A stretch of DNA of 39,139 bases from contig JACQPW010000003.1 of NCBI GenBank assembly GCA_016207285.1, forward strand, positions 1 to 39,139, given 5' to 3'. The stretch's first letter is position 1. Each line of letters starts with the position of its first letter. Below the pieces are notes generated by a model that saw only the letters and a program-made list of their open reading frames with translations, was not told the DNA's origin and did no database searches. The position numbers and the translations under genes were made by a program. This DNA comes from Candidatus Kerfeldbacteria bacterium (lineage in GTDB: Bacteria; Patescibacteriota; Patescibacteriia; UBA9570). Positions 9,412 through 18,434 of the stretch are shown here, one piece after another.

Positions 9412-10163
9412 AACCAACCATCTTTAGCCGCGCGCCATAAATCACTAAGCGTAGAGCCTTTACGTAAGCGTTCGATCCAAAAGACACTGAAATAATAGCA
9501 GAAAAACCAGGTTAGTTGCAGTGGGTTGGCAAAGCGCTTCATGAACCAGACCATATTGCGAGCGTTATAATAGGTACGATACGGACTACTTTTTAGATGC
9601 TGCAATTCAGTGATCGTAACCGACTGGCAACGGTAGCCGGCTAAATGAGCTCGCCAACACCAATCGGCTTCTTCATAATAGGCAAAATATTTTTCCGTCA
9701 ATGCACCAATCTGTTTGAGGACGCTCGTTCTCATCATACAACAGTAGCCAATAATCACGTCATCACCTTGTCCAGTATAGACTTTTCCAGTCCAAAGAGA
9801 AATTTTACCGGCGGTTGGGCCAACGGCCGCTAATCGCTGATCACTATCGGCCAGGGACAATAAGGGTGTTATAAAATCACCGGTCACAATCGTATCTTGG
9901 TTGAGCAACACAAGGTAGTCATAGTGATCTTGTAAGCGTGTAATCCAATAGTTATTTCCACCAGTGAATCCTAAATTGACTTCAGATCGTTCAATGTGCA
10001 CATCTGGAAAATGTTGTTTGAGTTCAGGCGCTTCGTTTTGTGCAGAACCATTATCCAGAATATAGATATCAGCCGGTACCTGATATTGTATTAATCCCGT
10101 GACGCAGGCTTTGGTCAGAGCCAGTCCGTTCCAGTTTAGAATAATAATGGCTACGCGCTCCAT
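9408..10163 (-). CDS. Glycosyltransferase family 2 (WbbL/rhamnosyltransferase-like)
   Basis: IIILNWNG, LDNGS, NLGFTGGNN, LLNQDT, FAYYEEADWCWR. Confidence 0.85.
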   Translation of the reverse strand: MERVAIIILNWNGLALTKACVTGLIQYQVPADIYILDNGSAQNEAPELKQHFPDVHIERSEVNLGFTGGNNYWITRLQDHYDYLVLLNQDTIVTGDFITPLLSLADSDQRLAAVGPTAGKISLWTGKVYTGQGDDVIIGYCCMMRTSVLKQIGALTEKYFAYYEEADWCWRAHLAGYRCQSVTITELQHLKSSPYRTYYNARNMVWFMKRFANPLQLTWFFCYYFSVFWIERLRKGSTLSDLWRAAKDGWL

Positions 10164-11377
10164 ATGGTTTTTCGAACGTCACGATACATCAAAATGCATA
10201 AACTATATTGAGTAATAGCGGTAGCTACCGCCGCGCCAATCATGCCATACCACCAGATTAAACCGATCGTCAACGGCAGATTCAATGCCGCGCCGATGAT
10301 GAAATTTTTGGTGTACAGTTTTTCATAGCCGCAAGCTTGCAGGGTGTTCCCTAATGGCGCCCAGATAAAAATCCCTAACGTGCTCCACAGTAAGATCGTA
10401 AAGGGAATGACCCCTGGCGCATATTCTGGAGCATATAACCACGCAAATAAATACGGCGCTAACCAACTGCCAATGATCGCCATCGGTAAACCGGCCGCCA
10501 GCGCGATGGTGAGTAAACGCCGCAGCGCTTGGCGCACGCCAGCCCGATCTTGTGTAGTCCATAATTCAACAATGCGCGGAAAGAAAGCGCTAATGATTAA
10601 GCCAGCTAAAGCGGTGAGAAAAAAGATTGGTTTATAGGCAGCCGTATACCAAGCTACGACCTCTTTAGGATGTAACCAACCCAAGACAGCGGAATCAAAG
10701 TAATTGAATTGGGCGTTAATGGCCACGCTAGCGGCAAAGGGTAGAACCGCTAACCAAATGGTACGGATGGGAACACTGGCTGCAGGCTGAGCGTGCAGCA
10801 ATGGTTGACGGACGAGCCAAACACTCACTAACCAGCCAATAATGGCGGCACCGGCATAGACGATGGCGATGCTAGTCAGCGTAGCCTGGACACTCAACGC
10901 AATGATCAGCGCCACTGCCTGGATAGTAATATGGACACTTTTACTGATGCCCTCCAGTTGCATCTGTTGACGGCCACGCGCCACAGCTTCACTGAACATT
11001 CGGCCACTCGCTAGGACGATGGCTAACGTACCCGCTACTATAATGGTAGGGGATAATTGACTCGTAGGTAATACGATGGTGACCGTTAGTAACCAGGCCA
11101 TTGCGGAACCAATTAATTTAAGGGTAATAATTCCGGCTCTTTGAGTTAACCATTGTTCGTAGGATTTAGCTAACAAGCGCGTCACGTAGGTATGGATCCC
11201 AAAATCTGCCCCAACGATACAGAGATTGGCGATCGCAAACAGGTAAGCCAGTTGCCCATAACGATCATCACCTAAGTAGTTCATTAACGCAACGACTACA
11301 AAATACATCAAGAAGCGAGTAGCAAACTCTGTGCTGATTAAAATGGCGGCGTTACGTTTAACGGAGGGCACTGGCAT
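10151..11377 (-). CDS. Flippase (Wzx/RfbX-like, MOP superfamily)
   Basis: VKRNA start, YLG...YG, DFGI, 'WYTAAYK', 'LNLPLTIGLIWWYGMIGAAVAT'; polytopic membrane protein. Confidence 0.85.
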   Translation of the reverse strand: MPVPSVKRNAAILISTEFATRFLMYFVVVALMNYLGDDRYGQLAYLFAIANLCIVGADFGIHTYVTRLLAKSYEQWLTQRAGIITLKLIGSAMAWLLTVTIVLPTSQLSPTIIVAGTLAIVLASGRMFSEAVARGRQQMQLEGISKSVHITIQAVALIIALSVQATLTSIAIVYAGAAIIGWLVSVWLVRQPLLHAQPAASVPIRTIWLAVLPFAASVAINAQFNYFDSAVLGWLHPKEVVAWYTAAYKPIFFLTALAGLIISAFFPRIVELWTTQDRAGVRQALRRLLTIALAAGLPMAIIGSWLAPYLFAWLYAPEYAPGVIPFTILLWSTLGIFIWAPLGNTLQACGYEKLYTKNFIIGAALNLPLTIGLIWWYGMIGAAVATAITQYSLCILMYRDVRKTIWSA

Positions 11378-12356
11378 AGACTTGTTTTAAAATGGCGGCG
11401 TTACTTTCCCAGGTGACATAAGTGACTGGTTTACTTGGCTGACCAGCTAGCACAGCTATGATGTCACGGGCTAAACCGGCAGCCGTTGGGCCATCCACTG
11501 GTAGAGTGACTGGTGTAATGCCGGCGGCAAGGTAATTTAATAATTTTCCGCTCCCTTCCGTAGAGTGTAATGGTTTGGGCTCAATGCCGATTTTGGCTTT
11601 AGCCAATAGCGGCAAAAGCTGTTCATATGGAACGTGCTCCAGCCAGGTAATGTATGGTGGCAGCTGCTGCGGTTTACCTTGGGCAATGATCAAAACAGTA
11701 ATGGGCCTTTGCTGAGCAATGATCTCTAAGGCCTGAAATAATTGATCAGTGCCTTTCTGTTTACCGATCCCGCCGCTATAGACTAGATCATACTGTTGAG
11801 TGACCGCGGTGGTCAGTCGACTAGCAATGCCATCGGCTACGACAATAGCTTGCGGGCTCACTTTGGCAGAACTAGCAATCACTACGTCCGCCACCCATAG
11901 TGCCCAGCGTTCATACCATTTGGCCAGTGGTGCCAGTAATTTCCAGATGCCGCCATAACTCTTCAATTCAGCTGGTAGCGAACTTTGCAAATCTAGTACT
12001 ACGGGGATGTGCCAGCGCTGCTTCAGTAGCCAGGCCAGCCACATACTTTCATGGAGATGAGCATGGATGAGGATGGGTCGGTCTTTTTTGATTGCCCGAT
12101 AGGCTAGCCAACCTAACTGTATATCCAGTAATAATTTGCTCCAGGCCGGACCAGCGGTAGTTTTGTGGTACCAGGGTAGAGCTTTAGTGCGTTGAATGGT
12201 AGCGGTACCAAGATCGCGACCGAGTGGATACGTCACCATGGTGACGTGATAACCAAGACTTTGAATAATCTTAGTTTCTTCATAGATACGAATATGACAA
12301 CCGCGGTCTGAAAAGTACGGTGTCGGAGCAATCACCAAGACGGTTGGCTTAGTCAT
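11358..12356 (-). CDS. Glycosyltransferase family 4 (GT-B)
   Basis: APTPYFSDRGCHIRI, LIHAH, YSG...QKG, 'KLLNYLAAG'; compact C-terminal domain. Confidence 0.8.
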   Translation of the reverse strand: MTKPTVLVIAPTPYFSDRGCHIRIYEETKIIQSLGYHVTMVTYPLGRDLGTATIQRTKALPWYHKTTAGPAWSKLLLDIQLGWLAYRAIKKDRPILIHAHLHESMWLAWLLKQRWHIPVVLDLQSSLPAELKSYGGIWKLLAPLAKWYERWALWVADVVIASSAKVSPQAIVVADGIASRLTTAVTQQYDLVYSGGIGKQKGTDQLFQALEIIAQQRPITVLIIAQGKPQQLPPYITWLEHVPYEQLLPLLAKAKIGIEPKPLHSTEGSGKLLNYLAAGITPVTLPVDGPTAAGLARDIIAVLAGQPSKPVTYVTWESNAAILKQVYASALR

Positions 12357-13275
12357 GGTTCACGACCGATTTGATGGTGTATGGTTTACGGCCTTCGCTA
12401 TAGTACGTTTTAGTCAGCACCTCTGCGATCAGTCCAGTAATAAATAATTGTAGGCCAGCTAAAATGCTTAAGACGGCTACCAATGGCCAGATACTCGTCG
12501 ACAGAGGGTATTCCCAAACTAATCGAGCCACCGCCAGTACAGCCAATAAACTAGCACCGGCACCAACGAGAGTGACACCAACCCCACCAAATAAGTGGAG
12601 TGGACGATGGGCATAATTACGCCAGAACCACAGTCCAATCATGTCCACAAAACCTTTAATAATTCGGTTACTGCTGTAGTTCGAGTGGCCAGAGGTGCGA
12701 GCTTGATGTTCCACCACCAGCTCACCAACCGAAAATCCATTCAGTTTTAAGATGGCTGGAATAAAGCGATGGCTTTCACCGTGTAAATCTACATCTTGAA
12801 AACAGTGCCGGCGGTAAACCTTTAGGGTACAACCTGAATCATGAATGCCATCATTTAAAAACAAGGAGCGCAACCGGTGGGCACCACGCGAGGTAAAGCG
12901 TTTCATTAAGCTATCATGGCGGTATTTCCTCCAACCAGACACGACATCTAAATTGTGCTCGGTCATGTAACGGAGCAATTTCGGTATTTCTTCCGGTGGA
13001 TTTTGTAGGTCGCCGTCCAGTGTAATCACCACATCACCACTCGCTTGTTTGATGCCCGCATCGATGGCCGCAGTTTGCCCAAAGTTTTTTCTGAACGTGA
13101 TGGTCGTTAGTGGTCGTAGGGTCTGTAACCGTTTGGCGGTGTCATCGGTACTACCATCATCCACAAAAATCACTTCAAAAGGCGCGCCTAATGCTGTGCA
13201 TACGGACACAATGCGCCGATGCAGTTCAGAGACACTACCGGCTTCGTTATAAATAGGAACGACAATACTATACAT
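12349..13275 (-). CDS. Polyprenyl-phosphate glycosyltransferase, GT2 (ArnC/GtrB/DPM1-like)
   Basis: SIVVPIYNE, VDDGSTD, RKNFGQTAA, LDGDLQNPPEEIP, DSGCTLK, HRFIP and two C-terminal TMs; start moved to ATG 13275. Confidence 0.9.
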   Translation of the reverse strand: MYSIVVPIYNEAGSVSELHRRIVSVCTALGAPFEVIFVDDGSTDDTAKRLQTLRPLTTITFRKNFGQTAAIDAGIKQASGDVVITLDGDLQNPPEEIPKLLRYMTEHNLDVVSGWRKYRHDSLMKRFTSRGAHRLRSLFLNDGIHDSGCTLKVYRRHCFQDVDLHGESHRFIPAILKLNGFSVGELVVEHQARTSGHSNYSSNRIIKGFVDMIGLWFWRNYAHRPLHLFGGVGVTLVGAGASLLAVLAVARLVWEYPLSTSIWPLVAVLSILAGLQLFITGLIAEVLTKTYYSEGRKPYTIKSVVNHD

Positions 13276-13288
13276 AGAAAACAGCCAG

Positions 13289-13317
13289 ACTATACCACTA
13301 TTGCGACATTTTTGCAA
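13289..13317 (-). promoter_or_regulatory. sigma70-like promoter for the GT operon
   Basis: TTGCAA-N17-TATAGT with extended -10 TG; 13 nt before ATG 13275. Confidence 0.65.
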
Positions 13318-13329
13318 GCCCGATATACT
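13301..13329 (+). promoter_or_regulatory. sigma70-like promoter, leaderless
   Basis: TTGCGA-N17-TATACT; 7 nt before ATG 13337. Confidence 0.7.
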
Positions 13330-13336
13330 GCTGAGG

Positions 13337-14830
13337 ATGGAACTTCGACTGAGTGGTATGCGTTGGTATCGGTTGGCGCTGGGATTAGCGGTGGTCGGTA
13401 GTTTTATGTGGACGGGTTATGAGTACCTGGGTGGTGACGGCACACTAGAGTTACACTATTATTTTCAAACTAAGCCAGCGGCCATTTCATTGTTTGGGCC
13501 GTCGGGTCGGGCGCTAGATCGGGAACAGAACAAAAGCAACGGTGAAACATATCAACGCATCGTGAATGGTCCAGTCTATACGGATGTGACGTTGCCTGGT
13601 GCCTATGACAGTGTGACCGTTGAACTGGAATATCAAAATCCCAGTCAGGTGTTGGTTGAATTAGGTATTAAACTGTCCGATGATCCAGCCTTATTTGATT
13701 ATCGGATGCAACCACTGGAGAATAAGTTAGTCGATAACAGCGATTGGTCCCGGTTGGAAAATGACCAGTACATTTTTTTACAACGTACTCCCAGCTACAC
13801 TTCTATTGAGGAGTTTTTGGCTAACCCACCAACCGATAGCAAAGGTGGCAGTTACTTAGTGTCGCCTAATTTAGCTTATGTTGACCCAAATTATCACGCT
13901 CATACCGAAACCGGCAGTACCATTACCACGACCTTGCGTGGCCGTCATGAATTCTATCTCTATGCCGCCGATGAAAATGTGTCGGTTCAATTCACTGTGG
14001 CTGATATTAATTATGCAGCGGATGACGATACGGTGCGGTTATTCTTGTATCAGCAAGATCAATTGGTGGCAGAAGCGAGCTTAGCGGATGATGGGGAAGT
14101 GGGCATTACTGGGATAGCCAGTGGTGAGCGTACCGTGGCCTTGCAACTCGACAATGCACCAGCCGGAGTATACCAGGTAGTCTTTGATACCACTGACGAT
14201 CTCATTATTACGCAGATTCAGTCGGATCAAGAAAGATTGGTAGTCGCAAAATCGATTCATTTGGCGGGTACCGAGGAGTACCGAGCCACTGGTAGTACCC
14301 TCAACACCACTCCAACCACGTTACATACCGACAGTAATTGGTTAACGGTCATTGCTAAACACACCGCTGGGGTCGCTGACGTGGCTACGTATGATCGTAC
14401 TCTCCACATCAATAAGGTTGATACTCCGTATACCTGGACAAATCCGATTAGTAATTTCGCCCATGATGTGACCTTTCCCAATAACGATGTCTTGGTGTTG
14501 TCTGATTCTTACTTTGCACTCCCTGGGGCAGAAGCCTTTGACCCGTGGTTCGGCTTGCGTCCTATTAGTCAATATACCAATCCAGATGGGTTAGAGTATG
14601 TCATTAGTGGTCATTATGATCCGCCGACACGCGTACGCACGTGGACAACTGCTCGGGCCACTTTTGATTTAACTGGCATTGAGCAGAGTCGTCCCAATGT
14701 CTTGCAATTTATTGTCTCTGCTCCCGGGTTAGAAACAACCTCATTGGGTCTAAAGGTGCGTTCCATTACCGTGACTGCTCAACAACACCCGATCACAGTA
14801 TCCTACCTATGGCAAAAAATCACACAGTAG
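13337..14830 (+). CDS. Hypothetical membrane-anchored/exported protein, acidic and predicted beta-rich
   Basis: Long ORF with one N-terminal hydrophobic segment and a D/T/Y-rich remainder; start chosen at ATG 13337 from the promoter position; no family recognised. Confidence 0.75.
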   Translation: MELRLSGMRWYRLALGLAVVGSFMWTGYEYLGGDGTLELHYYFQTKPAAISLFGPSGRALDREQNKSNGETYQRIVNGPVYTDVTLPGAYDSVTVELEYQNPSQVLVELGIKLSDDPALFDYRMQPLENKLVDNSDWSRLENDQYIFLQRTPSYTSIEEFLANPPTDSKGGSYLVSPNLAYVDPNYHAHTETGSTITTTLRGRHEFYLYAADENVSVQFTVADINYAADDDTVRLFLYQQDQLVAEASLADDGEVGITGIASGERTVALQLDNAPAGVYQVVFDTTDDLIITQIQSDQERLVVAKSIHLAGTEEYRATGSTLNTTPTTLHTDSNWLTVIAKHTAGVADVATYDRTLHINKVDTPYTWTNPISNFAHDVTFPNNDVLVLSDSYFALPGAEAFDPWFGLRPISQYTNPDGLEYVISGHYDPPTRVRTWTTARATFDLTGIEQSRPNVLQFIVSAPGLETTSLGLKVRSITVTAQQHPITVSYLWQKITQ

Positions 14831-15012
14831 TATTACAGTTGTGGCGCGATGCATTGGTCGCCTTGAGTATTTGGTTATTATTGGCTTACCTAGTCGATCC
14901 TATTGTGCATGGTTTTATGACAGTCGTATGGCCAGTGCAGCTCATTGCTTGGATTTGGATTGTGAATGTACTGGCCTGGTGGTATCTGCGGCGGCGCTGG
15001 ACAAATGGATAA
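14809..15012 (+). CDS. Small hypothetical membrane protein (2 TM, Trp-rich)
   Basis: 67 aa with two hydrophobic helices and a basic RRR tail; fills the gap between the hypothetical gene and rmlA and overlaps the upstream gene. Confidence 0.6.
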   Translation: MAKNHTVVLQLWRDALVALSIWLLLAYLVDPIVHGFMTVVWPVQLIAWIWIVNVLAWWYLRRRWTNG

Positions 15013-15026
15013 GTCTGTGTTACAGT
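14998..15026 (+). promoter_or_regulatory. sigma70-like promoter for the rml operon, leaderless
   Basis: TGGACA-N17-TACAGT with extended -10 TG; 7 nt before ATG 15034. Confidence 0.6.
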
Positions 15027-15033
15027 TCTCGCG

Positions 15034-15750
15034 ATGAAAGGGATTATTTTAGCCGGCGGTAGCGGTACACGCTTGTCGCCCTTGACCAAAGTCACTAGCA
15101 AGCAATTACTCCCGGTGTTTGATCAGCCAATGGTCTTTTTTCCTTTACAGACCTTAATTAAAGCTGGCATTCGAGAGGTTTTGTTTATTGTGGCACCGGA
15201 TCACGCTGGGGACTATCTAAATGCCCTGGGTTCGGGCACACACTTTGGTTGTCGCTTTACCTATGAGATTCAAGATAAACCAGCCGGCCTAGCCCAAGCC
15301 TTATCGCTGGCTGAAACCTTCGTTGGCCAGGATAGCTGCATGATGATTCTGGGTGATAATATCTATGACCATGATTTTTCTGAAGCGGTGCAGCAATTTA
15401 CTTCTGGTGCCCACATTTTCGTAAAAGAAGTGGATGATGCGCGACGCTTTGGGGTGGTAGAAATGGATGAAAATAAACATGTGCTTGGGATTGAGGAAAA
15501 ACCCGAACAACCGAAAAGCAACCTAGCCCAAACCGGAGTTTATATTTACGACGAACATGTGTTTGACATCATTCGTCAATTGCAACCCTCTGCTCGAGGC
15601 GAGTTGGAAATTACTGATTTGAATAATTTGTATTTAGCCAAAGGAGTGTTAACAGCCAGCGTGATTGAGGGTGAATGGATTGATGCCGGCACCTTTGAAA
15701 GTTTATTTAAGGCCGCCGAGTTTAGGCGCCAACAAGTATGTCAGAATTAA
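15034..15750 (+). CDS. rmlA: Glucose-1-phosphate thymidylyltransferase (short form)
   Basis: GIILAGGSGTRL.P.T...SKQLLPV, LGDNI, EEKP, PSARGELEITD, WIDAGT. Confidence 0.93.
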   Translation: MKGIILAGGSGTRLSPLTKVTSKQLLPVFDQPMVFFPLQTLIKAGIREVLFIVAPDHAGDYLNALGSGTHFGCRFTYEIQDKPAGLAQALSLAETFVGQDSCMMILGDNIYDHDFSEAVQQFTSGAHIFVKEVDDARRFGVVEMDENKHVLGIEEKPEQPKSNLAQTGVYIYDEHVFDIIRQLQPSARGELEITDLNNLYLAKGVLTASVIEGEWIDAGTFESLFKAAEFRRQQVCQN

Positions 15751-16937
15751 GAAAGCGACTAAAGCGCCCACTCTATCGAGCAGCGTTTGAAAAGACGGTA
15801 GAAAAAAGCGCTGTTCGTATTCCAACTGAATTAGAAACGAAGGTGGCTAGGCTATATGAATTAGAAGTCAGACGTTTCTTAAAAGATGATAATGTAGATA
15901 TCGGTGAAGTCAACGCTCAGATTGCACAGCAGTATGGGTTCGCATCTGCTGATGAACTGTTACTGACTTTTTTTGAATGGGAGGATCGTAAACTGAAGAT
16001 GCAGAGCGGTGAGGAGGTACCTGAGCTAGATCCGAAAAAAAGAACTAACTTTGCAGCCATAGAGAAAGCCGTAGCAGCAGTGTCTGGTGCCCATATGGCG
16101 CTTGAACAGAACAGCGAACGTAGCTTATTGCGTATCTTGGACCATGCTATACAAGTAGTGATGCTTGAGGCAGAAGCAGAGCGTACTCAAAACACAGATG
16201 ACTTAACTGGATTAATTGATAGCCAAACATTTGTCGCTAAACGGATGGAAGTAGAAGTGCAGCAATTTTTAGCAACACCAGAGACTGAAGCAGGCGAAGA
16301 TGAGAAAGTGATGGTGTGGGCTGAAATTGACCTTGATGATTTTAAGACATTGAATACAGCCTATAGCCACGCCACGGTAGATTTTCAGATCTTAAAACCA
16401 TTAGCGGCCTTGTTGCGTGAAACCTTTCGGGAAACGGACTTTATCTGTCGCTTAGGAGGTGACGAACTAAATATTATTTTCACCCGCACTAAAAAAAGTG
16501 CCGTGGCTGCTCTCGGTCAAAGAATAATAGATGTTATACATACATTACCCTTACCTGAGCCAGCTAGCGGTCAATTCAAGCCGGAGCAATTAACTGCCAG
16601 TGTCGGGCTACATGTCATGGATCGTAGCATGCTCAGTAAGCTTGATCTTACTTCCCCAGAGTTGGTGATGAATTCGATTCGAAAACCAGCGGATAGTGCG
16701 ACCGAACGAGCTAAATTTTTTGGGAAAGATCGTTATGAGGTGTATGATCCAGATGCAGAGGCAGTCATACCCACTTTTGAGGTCTATTTAAAATTGGTTT
16801 TGCGTAAACATGAGGAAGAATTTCGGCAGATGCGTCACCGTCAAGACTATACAACGTTAGATCAGTTTCAGGAACATTTGAGTGCGGCTGCTCAGGTGGC
16901 TTACCAATTTAAATATCTAGCAGCTGCTACAGCATAA
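15738..16937 (+). CDS. GGDEF domain protein (putative diguanylate cyclase) with helical N-terminal region
   Basis: DDLTGL, DLDDFKTLN, RETD-x5-GGDEL, LTASVG, AKFFGKDRY. Confidence 0.85.
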   Translation: MSELRKRLKRPLYRAAFEKTVEKSAVRIPTELETKVARLYELEVRRFLKDDNVDIGEVNAQIAQQYGFASADELLLTFFEWEDRKLKMQSGEEVPELDPKKRTNFAAIEKAVAAVSGAHMALEQNSERSLLRILDHAIQVVMLEAEAERTQNTDDLTGLIDSQTFVAKRMEVEVQQFLATPETEAGEDEKVMVWAEIDLDDFKTLNTAYSHATVDFQILKPLAALLRETFRETDFICRLGGDELNIIFTRTKKSAVAALGQRIIDVIHTLPLPEPASGQFKPEQLTASVGLHVMDRSMLSKLDLTSPELVMNSIRKPADSATERAKFFGKDRYEVYDPDAEAVIPTFEVYLKLVLRKHEEEFRQMRHRQDYTTLDQFQEHLSAAAQVAYQFKYLAAATA

Positions 16938-17467
16938 TGTCTATGGCCAAAAGAATAACACTAAGCAAACAAAGTTATCAGCCCAAGCCAACTATCGAGG
17001 GTGTTCAATTGATTGAATTAAAAACTTTTGTCGATGATGGAGGTTATTTTATTGAATTGGGTCGTTTTCGTAAACATGTTTTTGAACATTTTCCAAAATT
17101 TGATTTACAGCAATTGAATTTGTCTGAGATGGATCCAGGTGTAATTAAAGCTTGGCACATTCACGAACATCAGGATGATATTTGGTTTGTACCACCATCG
17201 CAACGTATGCTTGTTGCCTTAAAAGATATTCGTCCCGCATCTCCTACACGTCATGCACTGATGCGTTTCGTCCTGGGTGGCGGCACAGCTCAATTAGTCT
17301 TAATTCCACATGGTATTGCTCATGGCGCAGCGAATCTTTGGCAGACCCCTAGCCTAATGCTTTATTTGGTGAATAGCCAGTTTACGGCTGATCCAAAAAA
17401 GAGCGATGAATATCGCTTACCATGGGATCAGTTTGGTGCGGACATTTGGCAACAGACCAAAGGCTAG
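16937..17467 (+). CDS. rmlC: dTDP-4-dehydrorhamnose 3,5-epimerase family (cupin)
   Basis: IEGV, DDGGYFIE, PGVIKAWHIH, DIRPASPT, LIPHGIAHG; sits within the rml cluster. Confidence 0.85.
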   Translation: MSMAKRITLSKQSYQPKPTIEGVQLIELKTFVDDGGYFIELGRFRKHVFEHFPKFDLQQLNLSEMDPGVIKAWHIHEHQDDIWFVPPSQRMLVALKDIRPASPTRHALMRFVLGGGTAQLVLIPHGIAHGAANLWQTPSLMLYLVNSQFTADPKKSDEYRLPWDQFGADIWQQTKG

Positions 17468-17468
17468 T

Positions 17469-18434
17469 ATGAAGTTATTGGTCACCGGTGGAGCTGGCTT
17501 TATTGGCTCAAATTTCATCCACTATTGGTTGAAGCAACACCCAACTGATTCGATTGTTAATCTAGATCTCTTAACCTACGCCGGAAATCTGGCCAACTTG
17601 GCAGCCGTGCAGGATTCTCCAAACTATCATTTTGTCCAAGGGGATGTGTGTGATCCAACGGTGGTGAACCCATTGGTGTATGAGTGTGATGTCGTTGTGC
17701 ATTTTGCGGCCGAGTCCCATGTGGATCGTTCGATTGTTGAACCGGGAATTTTTTTAAAAACCAATGTGTTGGGTACGCAAGTGCTCCTGCAAGCCGCGCT
17801 GGAGTATTCTAAGCGTTTTCACCATATTTCGACGGATGAAGTATTTGGCACACTACCATTACATGCCACGGTCAAGTTTAATGAAGACACGCCATACCAG
17901 CCACGCAGTCCGTATTCTGCTTCCAAAGCGGCCTCTGATCATATTGTGCGGGCGTACCACGAAACGTATGGTTTACCAATAACGATCAGTAATTGCACCA
18001 ACAATTACGGTCCGTGGCACTTCCCAGAAAAATTTATTCCGTTGGCGATTACTAAAGTAATGGCCGGTCAACCGATACCAATCTACGGACAAGGTGTGAA
18101 TGTACGGGATTGGTTGTATGTTGAAGATCACTGTCGGGCGATCGAGCTGATTGTACTGAACGGTAAGATTGGAGAGACGTACTGTGTCGGAGGTAATTCG
18201 GAATTGGACAATTTAGCTTTGGCCAAACTGATTCTGAAACTGATGGGCGCTTCCGAGGAACTGTTGAGTTTTGTAACGGATCGTCCGGGTCATGATTTAC
18301 GTTATGCCATGGATTACGGAAAAATACAGCGTGAGTTAGGCTGGGAACCAACCGTTGATATTACCACTGGCTTACGACGAACCATTGATTGGTTTCAAGC
18401 CCACCGTGATTGGGTAGAGCAATGTCTACATTAG
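17469..18434 (+). CDS. rmlB: dTDP-glucose 4,6-dehydratase
   Basis: LLVTGGAGFIGSNF, HFAAESHVDRSI, STDEVFG, YSASK, DRPGHDLRYA; start at ATG 17469. Confidence 0.96.
   Translation: MKLLVTGGAGFIGSNFIHYWLKQHPTDSIVNLDLLTYAGNLANLAAVQDSPNYHFVQGDVCDPTVVNPLVYECDVVVHFAAESHVDRSIVEPGIFLKTNVLGTQVLLQAALEYSKRFHHISTDEVFGTLPLHATVKFNEDTPYQPRSPYSASKAASDHIVRAYHETYGLPITISNCTNNYGPWHFPEKFIPLAITKVMAGQPIPIYGQGVNVRDWLYVEDHCRAIELIVLNGKIGETYCVGGNSELDNLALAKLILKLMGASEELLSFVTDRPGHDLRYAMDYGKIQRELGWEPTVDITTGLRRTIDWFQAHRDWVEQCLH

Noticed and set aside
13276..13336. Apparent head-to-head overlap of ORFs 12349..13317 and 13301..14830
   Set aside because: Artefact of longest-ORF calling; the starts at 13275 and 13337 match family N-termini and promoter positions
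16300..16480. GGDEF as a Hypr-type cGAMP synthase or defence nucleotidyltransferase
   Set aside because: The specificity position retains Asp rather than Ser, and no effector or defence genes are adjacent
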